From assembly GCA_000004695.1 (NCBI GenBank), contig CM000153.2, positions 2,944,001-3,008,000 of the forward strand: a stretch of 64,000 nucleotides of DNA, given 5' to 3'. Origin of the DNA: Dictyostelium discoideum. Its lineage: Eukaryota. Below the pieces are notes generated by a model. That model searched no databases. It was not told the origin of the DNA and saw only the letters and a program-made list of their open reading frames with translations. Of this stretch, positions 60,001 to 64,000 are shown piece by piece. A program made the translations under genes and the position numbers. The number at the start of each line of letters is the position of its first letter. Positions within the stretch are counted from its first letter, which is position 1.

Positions 60001-61173
60001 AAACAAATCAAAGATTTGGCTGAACGTCTTAAACAACAGGAGGATAATAAACTACGTAATGAAATTACAAAATTAAATTATACCAGAGAGAAATATAATA
60101 ATGATTTAAAGTTGGCAAAAGATGAAGAACGTCGTTTCCATGAACAATATTCAAATACCAAGAGAAATTTATATATAAACATCATTGGTCGTAGTCAAAT
60201 CATTCTATCAACATTATCAGGTAGTGGTTATGATTATTTATTCACTGCAACTAAAAACTTTGATTTGGTAATCGTTGATGAAGCTGCTCAAGCTGTAGAG
60301 CTATCCACTCTAATTCCATTACGTCACGATGTAAAGAAGTGTATTTTGGTTGGCGATCCTCAACAATTGCCACCTACCACCATTTCAAAGGTCGCAACTA
60401 AATTCCAATATGAAATCTCCTTATTTCAACGTTTGATGAATTGTGGTATGGCTCCAACCGTTTTGAAAACTCAATATCGTATGCATCCAATGATCTCAAA
60501 ATTCCCTTCAAAAATCTTTTATCGAGGAGAATTAGAGGATGGTAAGAATGTTCGAGAGTATAAACAAGATTATTACAATGATTCCGCCTCTAGATTTGGT
60601 CCATTGGTTTTCTATGATTTATTTGATAAACATGGCGAGGTTAGAAGTAGTTTCTTTTCCCTTAGAAATCCTACAGAAGTAAAATTAGCAAAACTCATTG
60701 TCGATCAATTAATTTCAAACTATCCCAATACTAAAGATCTGGAAATCGGTGTAATCACCCCATATAAATCACAAAGTGTTGATTTATTCAATGCTTTCAA
60801 AGGTTATCAAAATGTTGAAGTTTCAACAATCGATGGTTTTCAAGGTAAAGAAAAGGATTTTGTAATATTTTCTTCGGTTCGTGCCCATTCCGGTCATTCT
60901 ATTGGTTTTCTTTCAGATATTCGTCGTATGAATGTAGGTTTAACTCGTGCCAAATATTCAATGGTTATCCTTGGTAATTCATCTCTACTTTCAAATAATG
61001 ATGATTGGGGAAATCTAGTAAATGATTTAAGGCAAACAAATAATTGTTATTTTCCTATATCCTCTAAATCAATTGATAAAGGAGTTTTGGAAAAATCAAT
61101 TATTCCTTCTTTGAATTTTGATGGTAGTAATAATTCAAACAATAATATAAATAATAATATAAATAATAATAAC

Positions 61174-61213
<40 letters not shown>

Positions 61214-61650
61214 TTAATAATAACAGTAATAATAGTAATAATAATTATAGTAATAATTATAATATTAACATTGATAGTAACAACAGTAATAATAATAATG
61301 GTGGAAAAAATGAACAGAATAGTGGCCGTGATGCGGATAGTGGGCGTGACCGTGACAAAAGTGATCGTGATCGTGACTATGACCGCAGTGATAGTCGTGG
61401 TGGGCGTGATCGCGATAGAAATGATCGTGGCCGTGACAGAAGTGATCGTGATCGTGATAGAAGTGATCGTGATCGTGATAGAAGTGATCGTGATCGTGAT
61501 AGAAGTGATCGTGATAGAAATGACCGTGACCGTGACAGAAATGACCGTGACCGTGACCGTGACAAAAGTGATCGTGACCGTGACAGAAGTGACCGCAACC
61601 GAGACCGTGATCGTGATTATGATGATAGAGATAGAAAAAAAAGAAGATAG
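54910..61650 (+). CDS. Sen1/senataxin-type superfamily-1 RNA/DNA helicase (~2086 aa) in 7 exons; join(54910..55046,55130..55264,55344..55899,55983..56368,56469..57053,57141..58042,58091..61650).
   Basis: ORFs 55501.., 56022.., 56563.., 57286.. and 58093.. are in-frame exons once linked by GTAAGT, GTAATT or GTAAAA donors and (T/A)nAG acceptors, with all phases checked. The N-terminal ~1000 aa form a Sen1_N-like helical region. The C-terminal part has UPF1/Sen1 helicase motifs (GPPGTGKTKT, VCAPSNAAVDE, VIVDEAAQAVE, LVGDPQQLPPT, QYRMHP, IDGFQGKEKDFVIFSSVR, VGLTRAK). The extreme C-terminus is poly-Asn followed by an (R-D/S-D-R) dipeptide repeat tail. Confidence 0.8.
61380..61610 (+). repeat. Coding tandem repeat (21-24 nt units, agaagtgatcgtgatcgtgat) encoding the (RSDRDRD)n tail of the Sen1-like helicase.
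   Basis: Perfect and near-perfect direct repeats are visible at 61437-61520, with degenerate copies to ~61610. They are in frame within the CDS. Confidence 0.8.
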
Positions 61651-62382
61651 GCACCTTTTCCAATATTTTACAATAAAAAAAACATAATAGTTTTTTTTAA
61701 AATAGTAACTTAAATAAACTTTTTTTAAAACAAAGAGTAGAACATAGATAAAAAACTAAAAAAATATTAAAAAAAGAAAATATATCCACTAAAAAGTATG
61801 GGTACTTATTTAGTGGATATATTATCTATTTTATATATTTTTTTTTGAAAATAAACAATGTCATTTCTATTTTTTTTTTTTTTTTGTATATAAATAATTA
61901 ATTTTAATTTGGGTCAAGAAAATCACAACAAAATAAAATTAGTTTCAAATTGTTTTTCTTTATTTAAAATAAAAATAATAAAGTATTAAATTTCTAAATA
62001 GAATTATTTTAATAAAAAGATTTATAAAACACGAACCAATCCACTTGCAAGACGTACAGTCCTCATGGCAATTTTTTCTAATAACTTTCATTGATTGTCA
62101 AAGCAATTCAAATTAATAAAATTTTTTTTTTTGAAAAGTTTTAATTTCTTTATTTGCAACATTTAGGAAAAAAAAAATAAATGAAATAAAAAATAAGTAG
62201 AAAGAAGGTTTGAATAAATAAATAGTTTTTTTTAATTTTTTATTTTTTATTTTTTTTTTTGAATAAAATTGTGGAAAAAAAAAAAAAAGAATTATATAAT
62301 CCATGAATTTACAAAGATAGCTGTTATACTATTTGTAAATTACTTGAAGTTGAATAATTGTTGGGTTGGATTATTATAGGCT

Positions 62383-62429
<47 letters not shown>

Positions 62430-62659
62430 AAAGATATTTACAAATGTTATTATTATTATTAGTAGTTATTGTTGTATTAATATTTTTAGTATTGTTATAT
62501 GATGATGATTTTATAAATATACTATATTTCTTTTATCCAATTTTTTTTTTTTTTTTTTTTTTTTTGTGTTTGTATAAATAATTAATTATTTTTTTTTTTC
62601 TTTTTTTTTTTCTTTTTTTTTTTTTTCATGTTTGTATAAATAATTAATTTAAATTGAAT

Positions 62660-63359
62660 TTAAAAATTTGAAGAATTAATTGCAGAACCAAGAGCTCTTT
62701 TTTTGGAGTATCTTGAGGAGTTACCTGGTGGTGAGTCTTGGAGTGAACAATAACCTTTCCAAGCTTCATATGAGCCTTTATCCAATTCTTTTTTCATTGA
62801 GGCGATGGTTGCTTCCAAGTCGGCAACTTTATTTTGTAATTTATCATTTTCTGAAAGGGCTTCGATCAATGCCATTCTCATCTTATCAGTATCACTATCG
62901 TTATCGATTCTAACTTTTTCCATAATTCTAATTTTATCTTTTAATAATTCCATCTCTTTTTCCATTTGTTTCTTTTTTAATTTATTCTATTTTTTTATTT
63001 TATTTTTTTTTTTTTTCATTATTAGTAAATTTAAATAATTTAAAATGATTTAAAGTGCTCTATTGAATACTTACTGGTTTAGTTGGAGTAAAAAAGTTTT
63101 TAGCAGCAGATGCAGCAGAAACAACTGGTGATGGAGATGGTGGTGGTTGTTGTTGTTGTTGTTGTTGAGTATGAGTAAGGGTCATCATTGTTGGAGAAGT
63201 GGTTGAAGCAGAAGTAATAAGTTCTCTTTTTGTTGGAGTATGAGAGATTGTGTATCTTGAAGATTTTGGACTCTGTGAAAACAATTGTTGTTTAGATTGT
63301 TGATGTTGAAGTCCAGCAGCGATAATATTAATTAATGGATGTGGGTGTTGGGATAACAT
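62660..63359 (-). CDS. Coiled-coil/leucine-zipper-like small protein with a Ser/Thr/Pro/Gln-rich N-terminus; complement(join(62660..62971,63075..63359)).
   Basis: ORF 63060..63416 (true ATG probably at 63359, MLSQHPHPLINIIAAG...; the upstream M lies in an A-run) ends ...TPTKP with donor GTAAGT (63074-63069). Acceptor (A)nAG at 62973-62972 gives KQMEKEMELLKDKIRIMEKVRIDNDSDTDKMRMALIEALSENDKLQNKVADLEATIASMKKEL..., a heptad-patterned C-terminus with weak resemblance to TSC22-box leucine zippers. Confidence 0.55.
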
Positions 63360-63777
63360 TTTTTTTTTTGTTTTTTGTTTTTTTTTTTTTTTTTGTTTTA
63401 AAAATAAAATAAACAATTAAAAGAAAGTATTAAAAAATAAAATAAAAAAATTATTTTAATTGAGATTAAATAAATAAATAAATAATTGGTAGTTAAAAAT
63501 TATTTTAATAATTTTTAAAAAATAAATAAAATAATAATTTGATAATAGAGAAAAAAAAAATAATAAGAGAAAAGAAAATGTATTGGGTTAATATATATAA
63601 TTGTTTGAATAGTATTGATTGATGTTTTTTTTATTAATAATTTTTTTTTTTTTATTTAAACAAATTTATATTTTTAAAAAAAAAAAAATAAAATTATTTT
63701 ATTATTAAAATAAAATAAATAAAAATTATTATTACAAAAAAAATTGTGACGTGATTACAAATTAATATTAATTAATA

Positions 63778-64000
63778 TTAATTAATATTGGTATGTGGGT
63801 GGTGGTGGGTTGAGTTTTTACTTACAAGTGATGTACCGTCTAAGAAACTAATATGGTTTGATGAATTATTATTATTATTATTAGAGTTTGATTTTAATGG
63901 GGTTGATTTTGTAGATACAGATTGTCTTGGTGATGAAAGTTTTGGTGTTTGTGGTGACAATGGAGAAGAGTATTTACTAGTTGATTGTGGTGGAGAATTT
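63778..64000 (-). CDS. 3' end of a gene that extends beyond the window end; Ser/Thr/Pro/Asn-rich C-terminus (...NHISFLDGTSLVSKNSTHHHPHTNIN*).
   Basis: The minus-strand frame is open from the window edge (...NSPPQSTSKYSSPLSPQTPKLSSPRQSV...) to TAA at 63780-63778. The ORF-track M at 63960 is a TTG codon. Confidence 0.5.
   Translation of the reverse strand, partial: NSPPQSTSKYSSPLSPQTPKLSSPRQSVSTKSTPLKSNSNNNNNNSSNHISFLDGTSLVSKNSTHHHPHTNIN

Noticed and set aside
61380-61610. Regularly spaced 21-24 bp direct repeats that superficially resemble a CRISPR array.
   Set aside because: The repeats are contiguous with no spacers. They lie in frame inside a eukaryotic CDS and encode an (RSDRDRD)n tail. 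The genome is eukaryotic.
63820-63826. Canonical GTAAGT donor immediately after ...LDGTSL on the minus strand, which suggested splicing of the 3'-terminal gene into the downstream coiled-coil gene.
   Set aside because: The sequence after it (caacccaccaccacccacatacc...) is not intron-like for this genome, and an in-frame TAA follows 15 codons later. The downstream gene has its own ATG with an A-rich leader. The GTAAGT is most likely fortuitous, though a spliced isoform cannot be excluded without RNA data.

Overview
This window is not prokaryotic. It is very AT-rich eukaryotic nuclear DNA with the hallmarks of a dictyostelid social amoeba (Dictyostelium discoideum-like). Evidence: A/T homopolymer intergenic tracts, trinucleotide microsatellites, AAT/CAA codon runs giving poly-Asn and poly-Gln inside proteins, and many short AT-rich introns with canonical GTAAGT, GTATGT or GTAAAT donors and (T/A)n-AG acceptors. 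Several provided ORFs end in hydrophobic or poly-F junk tails because they read into an intron. Several ORF-track 'M' starts are actually TTG or GTG codons. By hand-splicing I recover about 26 protein-coding genes. With homologs I recognise: a partial ABCC transporter, a RhoGAP, a METTL21-like methyltransferase, GPN-loop GTPase 3, an AlkB-like candidate, a Y_phosphatase3 tyrosine phosphatase, an AVL9/DENN-like protein, HPRT, a PH-domain protein, CWF19L1, DHX15/Prp43 helicase, a cytochrome-b5-fused front-end fatty acid desaturase, MED31, NDUFS7/PSST, and a roughly 2090-aa Sen1/senataxin-type helicase built from 7 exons. There are also two tandem paralogous secreted Cys-rich proteins, an LRR protein, and several low-complexity or unknown proteins. 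No rRNA, tRNA, CRISPR or obvious transposon ORFs were found. The unusual part is a 5.9 kb gene desert (31.3-37.2 kb). It contains an assembly gap (90 N), a roughly 1 kb direct segmental duplication with a strongly conserved about 150 bp core, and isolated GC-richer islands that could be ncRNA genes. A G-rich, (GGTTT)n-containing odd segment at 51.48-51.76 kb may mark a second assembly problem. All exon coordinates come from manual reading and should be confirmed with RNA-seq or homology alignment.
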